DNA of 64,000 nucleotides from an uncultured Actinomycetes bacterium (GTDB taxonomy: Bacteria; Actinomycetota; Actinomycetes; S36-B12; UBA10799), in contig CAZVKB010000004.1 in assembly GCA_964627505.1 (NCBI GenBank), positions 3,295 to 67,294 on the forward strand, written 5' to 3'. Each line of letters begins with the position of its first letter. The stretch's first letter is position 1. Of this stretch, positions 1 through 9,064 are shown in pieces. Position numbers and translations under genes: made by a program. Under the pieces are notes generated by a model. That model had not been told where the DNA came from. It searched no databases and saw only the letters and a program-made list of their open reading frames with translations.

Positions 1-481
1 CGACCTCGATCAGATGCTGGCAGCGATCACCGAGGTACGGACGCTGGGCTATCCGGGTGTAGTTCTCGGAGCACTTAGCTACGGCCACATCGTCGAACCC
101 GATTGGCAAGTTCTGCACGTACTTATGTCTGCGTGTCACGGTTTGGAAGTGACGTTTCATCGTGCCTTCGACCATGTGACTCAGCAAGCCGAGGGCATCG
201 GCAGGTTGGCGGACTTAGGCGTGCGGCGGATCCTCACCAGTGGCAAACCAGGCCCCGCGGTGGAACATCTCAGCTGTCTGTCCTCGCTCCTAACATCCGC
301 AGCCAACGCTGGAGTTGGACTCATGGCAGGCGGCGGCATCTCCAGTTCGAATGCCCATAAATTGCTCGCAATCGGCATCAATGAGATCCATGCCTCCGCT
401 GGCGGTTCCCAAGGTGCCCAGGACTTATTCGAGGTGCGTAATCTCGCCGGACAGCTGGCTCGGTGGCCGTCAGGATCTTGA
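1..481 (+). CDS. cutC: Copper homeostasis protein CutC family, C-terminal part; the 5' end lies outside the window
   Basis: The reading frame is open to the window edge. TFHRAFD and GVRRILTSG motifs and the C-terminal GGGI...EIHAS segment are typical of CutC TIM-barrel proteins. Confidence 0.8.
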   Translation, partial: DLDQMLAAITEVRTLGYPGVVLGALSYGHIVEPDWQVLHVLMSACHGLEVTFHRAFDHVTQQAEGIGRLADLGVRRILTSGKPGPAVEHLSCLSSLLTSAANAGVGLMAGGGISSSNAHKLLAIGINEIHASAGGSQGAQDLFEVRNLAGQLARWPSGS

Positions 482-503
482 TCACCACCGCTGACACCCC
501 GCT

Positions 504-1253
504 TCACCCCGGTCGCGGATAACACAGTCCCGACGGGCTAACTGCTAGCCCCGGCGTCTGCATGTCCCATGTGAGCTCGCCCATGTGAGCCCGCAGAAGT
601 GCCGGCAACACTTGCGCTGTCGCGCGGGCATCGCCGAGAGCCGTGTGCGCATCGTTGAGATTCACATGCGCCCAGGAGCACAGGGTGGACAGTCGATAGT
701 CCGGACACGTCACCACCTGCCGAGCCAGCCGCAGCGTGTCGATCGCCGGCAACGTGGGCACATCCCGCTCCACGCCCGCAAACGCCGCAGTGAGGAAACC
801 CGCCTCAAACCTGGCGTTATGAGCAACCACCACTGCCCCGCCTAACCAACACAGGATGTCGTCCACCACCTCCCGAAACCGCGGTGCATGCGCCACCATG
901 TCATTGGTGATTCGGTGGATGCCGACGGCTCCAGTGTCTCGACCGCCACCTGGATTGATCAGGGTGGACCACTCGGCTTGCGGTTGCCCGTCGGCACCCA
1001 CCCGAACGATGCCGACTTCCACAATCCGATGGCCCTGCGCTGGGCTCAGCCCAGTCGTCTCCAGGTCCACCACCGCATACCCATCCCGGCCGCAGGGCGT
1101 ACCAGCGAAGGCCCCCGGGTAGCTGAAAAGCGGTCTCGGCGTGGCCTTCACAGCCGCCAACGTTACGCCGGGTTCGCGCGTTGCAGCCGACTGCCTCGGC
1201 GCCGCTGGCCAGAATCGGCGCCAACCGGCGCCCACCTGCTTGGACATTGCCAA
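504..1253 (-). CDS. DEDDh-type 3'-5' exonuclease (DnaQ/epsilon-like) with an N-terminal extension of about 55 aa
   Basis: ExoI motif VVDLETTGL, ExoII VAHNARFEAGFL and ExoIII HTALGDARATAQV. The start codon is uncertain within the first ~50 codons. Confidence 0.8.
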   Translation of the reverse strand: MAMSKQVGAGWRRFWPAAPRQSAATREPGVTLAAVKATPRPLFSYPGAFAGTPCGRDGYAVVDLETTGLSPAQGHRIVEVGIVRVGADGQPQAEWSTLINPGGGRDTGAVGIHRITNDMVAHAPRFREVVDDILCWLGGAVVVAHNARFEAGFLTAAFAGVERDVPTLPAIDTLRLARQVVTCPDYRLSTLCSWAHVNLNDAHTALGDARATAQVLPALLRAHMGELTWDMQTPGLAVSPSGLCYPRPG

Positions 1254-1335
1254 CCTCCCCCTCTGGACACTTTGTCCCGATAGCAGCCATCGTGATGGCC
1301 ACCTCCGACAAAAAACCGCCGGAAGGGTCGAGTGG

Positions 1336-3075
1336 TCAAGCCGAGGTGCGCTGCTGGGCCAAGCCTTCCTGTGTTGCCAGAATCAGCAAGCGGTCCCGAG
1401 CCCTGGTGACTCCTACGCTGATCAGATCGTGATAGGCCCCGCGGCTAGATGCATTGAGATCCGTGAGGATCACCGCCGGTGCCTCCAACCCCTTGAACGA
1501 GTGAATCGTGGAGTAACGCACCCGGCCTTTCTGTTTTGGCCCACCTCGGCGGTAATCCACCAGCAGCGGGCTCAGCCAATCGTCAGAGCACAACGCCGCA
1601 GCAGACTTCCGATAGCGACTCAGCACCACAATGTCTGACAACTCGAAACCGTCGGCCACCAAAGTCCGCACTGCCGCAACCAGCAACTCAGCCTGCTCTT
1701 CCGGCGTGGTGTAGGTGTGCAGCACCGGCTGATAACCGTCTGCGGGCCGACGATACGAGGCATACATATGATCCACCCCGCACAATTCGGCCGCCTCTTC
1801 GGCAATTCCAGGGACATTGCGGCAGTTGGTGGTCAGTCGAAATGTTGCGAATGAACCTGCCCGGTCGAGTAGTTCCAGACCAGCGGCTCGGGCATACAGC
1901 GCCTGGTCATCAAAGTCCCCGAAGAACAGCGCCCGGCCTGAACGCAGCCCGCCGTGCACCAGATAGTCGACCACCTCCAGCCAATTCTCCCGGCAGAGGT
2001 CCTGCACCTCGTCCACGATCAGGTAGTCAGCCGGGGCTAGCGCCGACGAACCGGCTTCCCCCACTTCGGACGCGGCTGCGGTATCCCGCGCGGCTACCAG
2101 CACTTCCCAAGCTGACACCGGCAGGGACACCTCCCAAAACTCGCGATCAGTGTCCTGACTCGCCGGCAATCCGGTGATGTCGAGCATGAGCTGCGGCAAC
2201 GTGTGCACGCTGAGACCGTCGATGTCTTCGGCCTGCTCGGACAGGTAACGGGCCAATGCGTGGTTGAAACACAGCAATACACCTCGTTTCCCCCGCGCAG
2301 CCTCCCGCCTCGCCGCTTCCAATGCCAGGAAGGTCTTTCCACACCCGGGCGGACCGGTCACCAATACCTGCTGATTGCCACTCAACCCATCGAGCACCAT
2401 CACCTGCTCGTCCAGCAAACGCGCGAGTTCTTGTTCGCGAGCGGCACGAATATCCTTTGGACTTGGGGCCACGTGGAGATGCGGCTTCAATCTGGCCGCA
2501 ATGGCGTTGGTTTGCTCCAGACTCGGTCCGATCACAGCAGGCCACTTATGACCCTTGTCGGCCCGGTTTGCACGTCCGGCGGCAAGCAAACGAATGATCG
2601 CCCCGGGCACGTCTGCTTCCAGATCCGTGTTGTCCAACACCTGCCAACCAAACCATTCCACACTCCCGGGCAACTCTCGCTTGGCGGGCGCGTGGGTGAA
2701 CCACACCCCGGCCTCGAAATGCACCGCGGTCAGGCCCATCCGCGAGTTGAGATACTCCCCGATCGCAAACTTTGCGTTATCCGCTTGGGCAAAAGGACTG
2801 TTCGAGGTAGGGGGCCGACGCCCCAACCGCCACATGCCGTTGCTGTCGCGTGACACCGAACGATGCGACTTCACTTCGATCACGGCAACACCGTGCCCCG
2901 GCACCACCACTACGAAGTCGGCCTCACCGCGCTGTTGGCGAGGATGATCGGCCAGCCGCAACGAGTGCAATGCGATCCAATCATCGCAATCCGGGCTCGC
3001 AGCCAAGGCACGGAACAGTGCCTGCTCGCCCGGTGGGGCATCGTCGCTGATGATGGGCGGAATCATCACCACCAT
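1336..3075 (-). CDS. NERD-domain (PD-(D/E)xK nuclease-like) protein fused to a UvrD-like SF1 helicase / AAA ATPase
   Basis: N-terminal GEADFVVV...VAVIEVK nuclease-like motif. Walker A GPPGCGKT, Walker B LIVDEVQDL, and a C-terminal STIHSFKGLEAPAVIL UvrD_C-like motif. I chose the ATG at 3075 because GGAGG lies 7 nt upstream; the ORF stays open to 3168. Confidence 0.8.
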   Translation of the reverse strand: MVVMIPPIISDDAPPGEQALFRALAASPDCDDWIALHSLRLADHPRQQRGEADFVVVVPGHGVAVIEVKSHRSVSRDSNGMWRLGRRPPTSNSPFAQADNAKFAIGEYLNSRMGLTAVHFEAGVWFTHAPAKRELPGSVEWFGWQVLDNTDLEADVPGAIIRLLAAGRANRADKGHKWPAVIGPSLEQTNAIAARLKPHLHVAPSPKDIRAAREQELARLLDEQVMVLDGLSGNQQVLVTGPPGCGKTFLALEAARREAARGKRGVLLCFNHALARYLSEQAEDIDGLSVHTLPQLMLDITGLPASQDTDREFWEVSLPVSAWEVLVAARDTAAASEVGEAGSSALAPADYLIVDEVQDLCRENWLEVVDYLVHGGLRSGRALFFGDFDDQALYARAAGLELLDRAGSFATFRLTTNCRNVPGIAEEAAELCGVDHMYASYRRPADGYQPVLHTYTTPEEQAELLVAAVRTLVADGFELSDIVVLSRYRKSAAALCSDDWLSPLLVDYRRGGPKQKGRVRYSTIHSFKGLEAPAVILTDLNASSRGAYHDLISVGVTRARDRLLILATQEGLAQQRTSA

Positions 3076-3387
3076 GGGTCGGCCTCCGCTCGCGTTTGCA
3101 ATAACGGTGCAGAGTCCCGGTCGCCAGGCCCCCGCCATCGGTCCGCATACCTGGCCATCCACCGTCACTGTTGACGTTGCCCGCTGCCCTGCCCGTCCAT
3201 CCTGCCGTACCGAGTGACCCAGCGATGACTTTTCCCTTGTTGATCATGAACTGCCGAGAAATGGCAGCGCATACCCGATGACGCCAACCGCGCTGGCCTT
3301 ACATTCCGCTTACAAAAAGTGCAGACGGACTCCACATCGCCCCGACACGTTGGAAACAGACACAGAATCCAGTGATTGGGGCGCCAC

Positions 3388-4803
3388 ATGAGTGTGACCA
3401 CGTTTACCCAGCCATCAGCCCCGCCGAACGTCACCCCCGCAGGGTCGGTGGCGGCGCGCAGCGGACCGACCAGGCCCAAAACCCGTCATCGGCTCTCAGC
3501 CACGGATGTCGCTGGGGTCATTGCCGGTGTACTCGGTGGCCTCATCCTCGGCTCGGGTTGGGTGCTAAGTGCACAGAACTGGAACACACCCGGCGGTCCG
3601 CTGACGGTCCTCGGATCGCTCACTGCCCTGCTCGGCACCTACCTCTGCCTACTTCTGATCGTCATCGTGGCCCGGGTGCCGTGGCTGGAACACCGCATCG
3701 GCCAAGACCGTCTGATCGCACTGCACCGTCGAATTGCGCCTTGGGCTATCGGGCTGATCACCGTGCATGTGCTGGCCACCACGTGGGGATATGCGCAGGC
3801 CGCTGGTATCGGGGTGTGGCGACAACTGGTCGAACTCGTCACTGGATACGCATGGATGGTGCCTGCGAGTGTGGCCTTGGTGGCCATGCTGTTGCTGAGT
3901 TTGATCAGCGTGCGTGCGGTACGGCGACATCTGAAGTATGAAACATGGTGGGTGGCACATCTGTACTTCTATCTGGCGGTGGCATTGGCCTTCGGCCACC
4001 AACTGAGCGCGGGTTCGATCTTTCCCGGTCAGCCGTGGGCCCGCGCAGGGTGGATCGCACTCTACGTGGGTGTCGCCGGGCTGGTGCTGGGAGCGCGGGT
4101 TGTCCTGCCGCTGGTCCGGAGTTGGCGTTATTCCTACCGCGTCGCCGAAGTTGTCACCGAATACCCGGGTGTCGTGGATGTGACGATCACAGGACGCCAT
4201 CTGGAGCGGCTCCCCGTGTGCGGCGGGCAGTTCTTCGAGTGGCGCTTCCTCACCCGCCAGTGGTGGTGGCAGGCACACCCCTACTCACTGTCCCGCGGAC
4301 CAGATGGCCAGACACTGCGCATCACCGTGAAGGCGCTCGGCGATCAGAGTTCGGCGATCGACCGCCTGCGTCCCGGCACCAGAGTGATCGCCGAGGGGCC
4401 CTACGGAATCTTCACCGCTGCCCACCGCACTGGCGGTGCCAGCGTGGTGGCGGTGGCCGCTGGTGTAGGTGTGGCACCGGTGAAATCGCTGTTGGACACG
4501 CTGGGTCCAGCCGATGACGTCAGCCTCATCTACCGGGTACCGGACCTCGCACCGGAATCCATTGCACTGCGGGCCGAGGTTGAGGCGATGGTGGCCAAAA
4601 ATCATTGGCACCTGGTGTATGTACCTGGCGCACCCGAGGCCTGCACCATGACCTCAGACATGCTGGTGCACCTGGCACCGAGCGCAACTGCTGCGGACAT
4701 CTTCGTCTGTGGGCCCCAGCAGTTCACGGCCACTGTGGTGTCGGCGGCCCGGGGCCTCGGTATCCCGCCCGAACGGATTCATCATGAACTCTTCACATTC
4801 TGA
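3388..4803 (+). CDS. Ferric-reductase-like transmembrane protein with a C-terminal FAD/NAD(P)-binding ferredoxin-reductase module
   Basis: Multi-TM N-terminus with paired His (HRRIAPW...TVHV; HLYFY...FGH). HPYSLS is an FAD-binding RxYS-type motif. GVGVAP is an NAD(P)-binding motif. An alternative TTG start lies at 3376. Confidence 0.8.
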   Translation: MSVTTFTQPSAPPNVTPAGSVAARSGPTRPKTRHRLSATDVAGVIAGVLGGLILGSGWVLSAQNWNTPGGPLTVLGSLTALLGTYLCLLLIVIVARVPWLEHRIGQDRLIALHRRIAPWAIGLITVHVLATTWGYAQAAGIGVWRQLVELVTGYAWMVPASVALVAMLLLSLISVRAVRRHLKYETWWVAHLYFYLAVALAFGHQLSAGSIFPGQPWARAGWIALYVGVAGLVLGARVVLPLVRSWRYSYRVAEVVTEYPGVVDVTITGRHLERLPVCGGQFFEWRFLTRQWWWQAHPYSLSRGPDGQTLRITVKALGDQSSAIDRLRPGTRVIAEGPYGIFTAAHRTGGASVVAVAAGVGVAPVKSLLDTLGPADDVSLIYRVPDLAPESIALRAEVEAMVAKNHWHLVYVPGAPEACTMTSDMLVHLAPSATAADIFVCGPQQFTATVVSAARGLGIPPERIHHELFTF

Positions 4804-4839
4804 GCCGTTCATCCCATCAGCGAAGAAAGGACGCCAATC

Positions 4840-5316
4840 ATGAAGCGCGCAATCATCGTCACGGCCGGCACGGTCGTGGGAGTAGGGGCTGCGCTTGCCT
4901 ACACTCCGCGGCCGCCCGCACTAGCCCTGCCCAGTGCGAGTGTGGTGCCGCCGATTTCCCCGCAAGCACCGAGCGCTCCGACCAGCCCGGTAACAGATGG
5001 CGCAGCTTCGGCGGTTGACACTGCTCTGCCCACCGCACCCAGCGGCGTGTTCACCGGAGACGTTGTGAGTACCCGATTCGGGGATATCCAGGTGCAGATA
5101 GCTGTTGCCCAAGGTGTGGTGCAGGATGCCGTGGCGGTGACCTACCCGGCGCTAGACGCCAAGTCGGCCGCCATTTCGGCGGCAGCGGTGCCGACCCTGC
5201 GCAGTGAGACGCTCGCTGCCCAATCCGCCGAGATCGCCACCGTCAGTGGTGCGAGCTATACCTCAGACGGGTGGGTCACCTCGCTGCAATCGGCGCTCGT
5301 CCAAGCAGGTCTGTGA
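4840..5316 (+). CDS. Exported FMN-binding domain protein with an N-terminal membrane anchor
   Basis: N-terminal TM/signal segment, an Ala/Pro/Ser linker, and a C-terminal FMN_bind-like domain. The flavinylation-type motif TVSGASYTS is encoded at 5245-5256. Confidence 0.75.
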   Translation: MKRAIIVTAGTVVGVGAALAYTPRPPALALPSASVVPPISPQAPSAPTSPVTDGAASAVDTALPTAPSGVFTGDVVSTRFGDIQVQIAVAQGVVQDAVAVTYPALDAKSAAISAAAVPTLRSETLAAQSAEIATVSGASYTSDGWVTSLQSALVQAGL

Positions 5317-5317
5317 C

Positions 5318-6100
5318 ATGACCGCGGTCCGACGTGCCAGCAGTGGGAGGTGGGAACGCATCGTGCATTGCGAACCCGTGTGGGGCACCGTGGTGAGCAT
5401 TGAGATCCGGGGGGCACACATGGCACAACAGTCGGCAGCGCAAGCCCTCGCGGCGGCGGCCGCCTGCGCCCATGAGGTGGATGCCCATTTCTCCACCTTT
5501 CGTGCTGACAGCGTCGTTTCCGCGCTGCGCACAGGCACCCTCACCTTGGCCGATACGCCACCAGCAGTGCAGGAAGTCTGGCGAGCGTGTGAATATACGA
5601 AATGGCTCACCCGCGGCGCCTTCGACTCGTGGGCGACACCAGGTGGCTTCGATCCGTCCGGTTTGGTCAAGGGTTGGGCCGCCGATCGCATGGCCGAATT
5701 AGTGGTGGACGCCGGGTTCCCAAATGTGACAGTCAACGCAGCCGGAGATGTGACGTGTCGAGGTGAACAGGCGCCCGGGGTGCCCTGGATCGTGGGCATT
5801 CGCGATCCGCGCTCTGCCGGTGACATCGTGCGCACCGTGGGTGTTTCAGCGGCCGCCGTGGCCACGTCCGGAAACTACGAACGTGGCGAGCACATCATCA
5901 ATCCCCACCATTACGACGCTGTCGCGAAACTCGACTCTGCGACCGTGATCGGGCCCGACGGCGCACTGGCTGACGCCTTGGCAACTGCTCTCGTCATTGT
6001 CGGCAATGCGGGGGTCGAGTTCTTCACCGATTTGCCCGGCTGGTCTGGATATCTGATCGCCGGCACGGATGTCAGTTACTTCGGCCCGGCGTTTGCCTGA
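5318..6100 (+). CDS. apbE: FAD:protein FMN transferase (ApbE family)
   Basis: ApbE-like motifs (GWAAD, ATSGNYERG, ADALATAL). The ATG sits 2 nt after the upstream stop. The longer ORF from 5204 overlaps the previous gene and was trimmed. Confidence 0.85.
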   Translation: MTAVRRASSGRWERIVHCEPVWGTVVSIEIRGAHMAQQSAAQALAAAAACAHEVDAHFSTFRADSVVSALRTGTLTLADTPPAVQEVWRACEYTKWLTRGAFDSWATPGGFDPSGLVKGWAADRMAELVVDAGFPNVTVNAAGDVTCRGEQAPGVPWIVGIRDPRSAGDIVRTVGVSAAAVATSGNYERGEHIINPHHYDAVAKLDSATVIGPDGALADALATALVIVGNAGVEFFTDLPGWSGYLIAGTDVSYFGPAFA

Positions 6101-6138
6101 CTACTTTCACCTCGATCGACGCACCCGTGCCGACAGTG

Positions 6139-7848
6139 TCACTTCGTACCATCAGCCCAGGTCAACAGCGCTTCCTGGACAGTGGTGACATACCCGTCCG
6201 GCCCGATCAGGTCGCTGATCCCGAAGTAGTCCAGCGTGGCACGGGCGTCGTCGGGGATTCGGGCGATCACAAACTTGGCCCCGGCGGCGCCGACCAGTGC
6301 AATCACCTTGCGCAGGGATTCCTCAGATGTCCAGTCCACGGTCTGTATCTCGGAGGCATCCAGCACAAAGACCGTCAAGGGCTGTGGCGGCGCCGACAGC
6401 AAGATCCGCACGTCATCGACTAGTCGGGAAGCATTGGCGAAATACAAATTCGCAGAGAAGTGGTAAACGATCAGCCCGGGAGCGGTCTGGATTCCAGGTT
6501 CCACCGACCGTTCCAGACGGTGTTCCTCAGCATTCAGTCCCAGCACGAAATTGTGGGGTCGAGAGGTGTGCGCGAGGTGCACCACGATTGAGGCCACGAT
6601 CGCCCACAGAATGCCAGCCCCGACTCCCACGAAAGCCACAATCACAGCCGTGCTCAGCGCTACCCAGAACTCATTCTTGTGAGGCAAGTGCATGAGCATC
6701 CGCAGCGTGCTCAGTTTGATCAGATGAATCGCAATCACGAACACGACTGCGGCCAGCGCCGACTCCGGCAGGTAATCGAACACCCCGGTGAGAAACATCA
6801 GCACCAGCGCCGTGAGCCCGGCTAGCACCAACATCGCCAGTTGCGAGTGGGCCCCGGACTTGTCGGCGATGGCGGTCTTCGTGGGTGACCCGTTGACGAC
6901 GAAGGTGGAGCCGAAACCAGCCGCCAAGTTGGCGCCACCCAATCCGATGAGATCGCGATTGGGCTTGTTGGGATCATCGTGGGCGATGGCGAACGCGCTC
7001 GATGTCGACACACTCTGCGCGATCACCACCAGCATCAGGACCAGCGCTGTCGGGCTCAGTGCGACCATGTCTGCCCAGGACACTGATGGCACCGTGATGG
7101 CTGGTAACCCCGCCGGCAGGGCACCGACTGTGGCTACTCCGTAATCTGTCTTCAGGTGCAGTAATCTCGCTGCAATCATGCTGCCGACCACCGCGATCAG
7201 CGGGCCCGGTACTCGGGGGGCGAACTTGCCCAACAACAAGATTGTGGCCACCACCGCCGCCGCAACAACCAGATCGGCGACGTTGCTCTCAGGTACATGA
7301 CGCGCCGTGTCCAGCAGTTTCTCGATGGTGGTGTCGCCGCTGGCAGAGACCCCCAACATGCCGTGCAGTTGTCCGAAGGCGATTTGAATCCCCACCCCGG
7401 TGAGAAACCCGGCGAGCACGGATCGGGACATGAAGTTGGACAGGAAGCCCAAGCGCAAGATTCCCGATCCCAGCAACAGCAGCCCCGTAATAATCGCCAA
7501 CACACACGTCAGCGCAAAAAAACGAGCCGGGTCGCCTGCGGCCAAAAGTCCAACCGCGCCCGCGCTGATAGCAGCGGTCGCCGAGTCGGCCCCCACCACC
7601 AGTCGTCGGGACGCCGCGATGACGGCAAACAGCAGCACGGGCAACAGGCAGGTGTACAGGCCTGTCTCGGCCGGCATGCCTGCGATCTTGGCGTATCCCA
7701 AGCCCTCCGGAATAGCCACCGCGGCCAGCGTGGCACCGGCGATCAGATCGGGGGTCAGCCAACGCCGCCGATAGGGCAACACCCCGCCCAACAGTCCATA
7801 GCGGGTGAGAAAACCGGTGCGCGGTGGTGAGACTGCGGGTGCATCCAT
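6139..7848 (-). CDS. SulP family inorganic anion transporter with a C-terminal STAS domain
   Basis: Polytopic membrane protein with a SulP-type N-terminus (LTRYGLLGG...DLIAG) and a STAS-like C-terminus. I used the ATG at 7848, which is preceded by GGGAGAG; the ORF stays open to 7956. Confidence 0.85.
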   Translation of the reverse strand: MDAPAVSPPRTGFLTRYGLLGGVLPYRRRWLTPDLIAGATLAAVAIPEGLGYAKIAGMPAETGLYTCLLPVLLFAVIAASRRLVVGADSATAAISAGAVGLLAAGDPARFFALTCVLAIITGLLLLGSGILRLGFLSNFMSRSVLAGFLTGVGIQIAFGQLHGMLGVSASGDTTIEKLLDTARHVPESNVADLVVAAAVVATILLLGKFAPRVPGPLIAVVGSMIAARLLHLKTDYGVATVGALPAGLPAITVPSVSWADMVALSPTALVLMLVVIAQSVSTSSAFAIAHDDPNKPNRDLIGLGGANLAAGFGSTFVVNGSPTKTAIADKSGAHSQLAMLVLAGLTALVLMFLTGVFDYLPESALAAVVFVIAIHLIKLSTLRMLMHLPHKNEFWVALSTAVIVAFVGVGAGILWAIVASIVVHLAHTSRPHNFVLGLNAEEHRLERSVEPGIQTAPGLIVYHFSANLYFANASRLVDDVRILLSAPPQPLTVFVLDASEIQTVDWTSEESLRKVIALVGAAGAKFVIARIPDDARATLDYFGISDLIGPDGYVTTVQEALLTWADGTK

Positions 7849-7873
7849 AGGCTCTCCCACACCGAAACGGGTA

Positions 7874-8557
7874 TCAGACTCCCGTGAGTCCGTCTGCTCC
7901 CAGCGGCAACTCCAGAGCAGCCAACGCCTGGGCGAACATTGTGTTCTTGATAGCACGCAAGGTGTCGGGATGCTTGCCTACCAGCGGTATCACATACTCG
8001 GCAGCGGTGGCAGTCAGGCCGTTTTCTTCGACACAGGCGTCCACGAGGCCGACCCGGGCCGCCTCCACACCGCCGAAGCGGCGCCCGGTAGTCATAGCAG
8101 CTACCGCGGTCTGCGGGGAAATCTTGGCTTGAATCAACGCCGCCATGCCTGGAGTGAAGGGAATATTGATGTCCACTTCCGGGAAGCAGAAGAATCCTCG
8201 ATCCCGGCGCATCACCCGGAAGTCGTGGGCCATCGCGAGCATCGCCCCGGCGCCGAACGCGTGTCCGTTGACGGCACACACCGTCGGCACCGGGAAGGCA
8301 CACATCCGCGCCAACAGATCATGAATGCGCCCGATGTACATCTGCACCTCGCCGGTATTGGCGATGAGCCACTCCAGGTCGAGTCCATTGGAAAAGAATT
8401 TGCCGGACGCCGTGGTGATCAACGCGGCGGGCGCACTGGCCTCGACCTCATCGAGCGCCGCAGCAATCTCGTCGAGCGCGGCCAACGAAAATCGGTTCTC
8501 GCCCGATCCCAGGTGCAAAGTGAAGATTGCCTCATCGTGCGTGAGTGCAACGCCCAT
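7874..8557 (-). CDS. Enoyl-CoA hydratase/isomerase (crotonase) family protein
   Basis: Crotonase-fold motifs FFSNGLDLEW and GHAFGAGAMLAMAHDFRVM. The start was trimmed to the ATG at 8557. Confidence 0.8.
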   Translation of the reverse strand: MGVALTHDEAIFTLHLGSGENRFSLAALDEIAAALDEVEASAPAALITTASGKFFSNGLDLEWLIANTGEVQMYIGRIHDLLARMCAFPVPTVCAVNGHAFGAGAMLAMAHDFRVMRRDRGFFCFPEVDINIPFTPGMAALIQAKISPQTAVAAMTTGRRFGGVEAARVGLVDACVEENGLTATAAEYVIPLVGKHPDTLRAIKNTMFAQALAALELPLGADGLTGV

Positions 8558-8677
8558 GTGAAACCTTTCCGAACCCGTGAGACGGTCGCGCAGGTGACCG
8601 ATGGCCAGCACTGTACCGGGACGGTGCGCGTCGACTATCGTCAGCGGCACCCACGATATTCCACCCAGGAGGTAACA

Positions 8678-9049
8678 ATGTTGGACTTCACCGAACGCAC
8701 CTTCAAATTGAGCGCCATGGATCCCAACGAGGTGGCCGGCCAGGTGGCGCCGCTGTTGGTGGAAGGGGAACAACTGTTTCTGGCTTTTCGTGGGGCCCGC
8801 GACTATGTGGCCTTCACCAGCAAGCGAATCATCGCCGTGGATGTGCAGGGGATGTCTGGAAAGAAGAAGGACTATTCATCGCTGCCGTACGCCAAGGTGC
8901 AGGTGTTCTCGGTAGAGACCTCTGGAGCATTTGACCGCGATGCTGAATTGGAATTGTGGTTCTCCGGGGTGGGGCGGGTGAAGTTCGAATTCAAGGGCGG
9001 AACGGACGTGGCATATCTCAGTCGGCTGGTCGCCACCTACGTCCTGTGA
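8678..9049 (+). CDS. Bacterial PH (pleckstrin-homology-like) domain protein
   Basis: A 123-aa protein resembling the bPH_2/YokE type (LFLAFRGARDYVAFTSKRIIAVD...). AGGAGG lies 6 nt upstream of the ATG. The rest of the 414-aa ORF 7805-9049 is antisense to the crotonase gene. Confidence 0.7.
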   Translation: MLDFTERTFKLSAMDPNEVAGQVAPLLVEGEQLFLAFRGARDYVAFTSKRIIAVDVQGMSGKKKDYSSLPYAKVQVFSVETSGAFDRDAELELWFSGVGRVKFEFKGGTDVAYLSRLVATYVL

Positions 9050-9064
9050 CCAGTTGGCTCTGAC

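Noticed and set aside
6139-7956. N-terminally extended versions of several ORFs (SulP 7956, ung 44370, TrmH 52609, rocD 21265, ddl 14870, cytochrome b5-like 11981, FUSC-like 29135, NERD 3168)
   Set aside because: The extensions are Arg/Trp/Cys-rich, overlap neighbouring genes or promoters, and precede internal starts that have better RBS spacing and family-typical N-termini. Exact starts remain uncertain without proteomic or ribosome-profiling data.
7805-9049. A 414-aa plus-strand ORF
   Set aside because: Its first ~290 codons are antisense to the well-supported crotonase gene and read as Arg/His/Gly-rich low-complexity sequence. Only the last 123 codons (PH-domain protein with its own AGGAGG and ATG at 8678) were kept.
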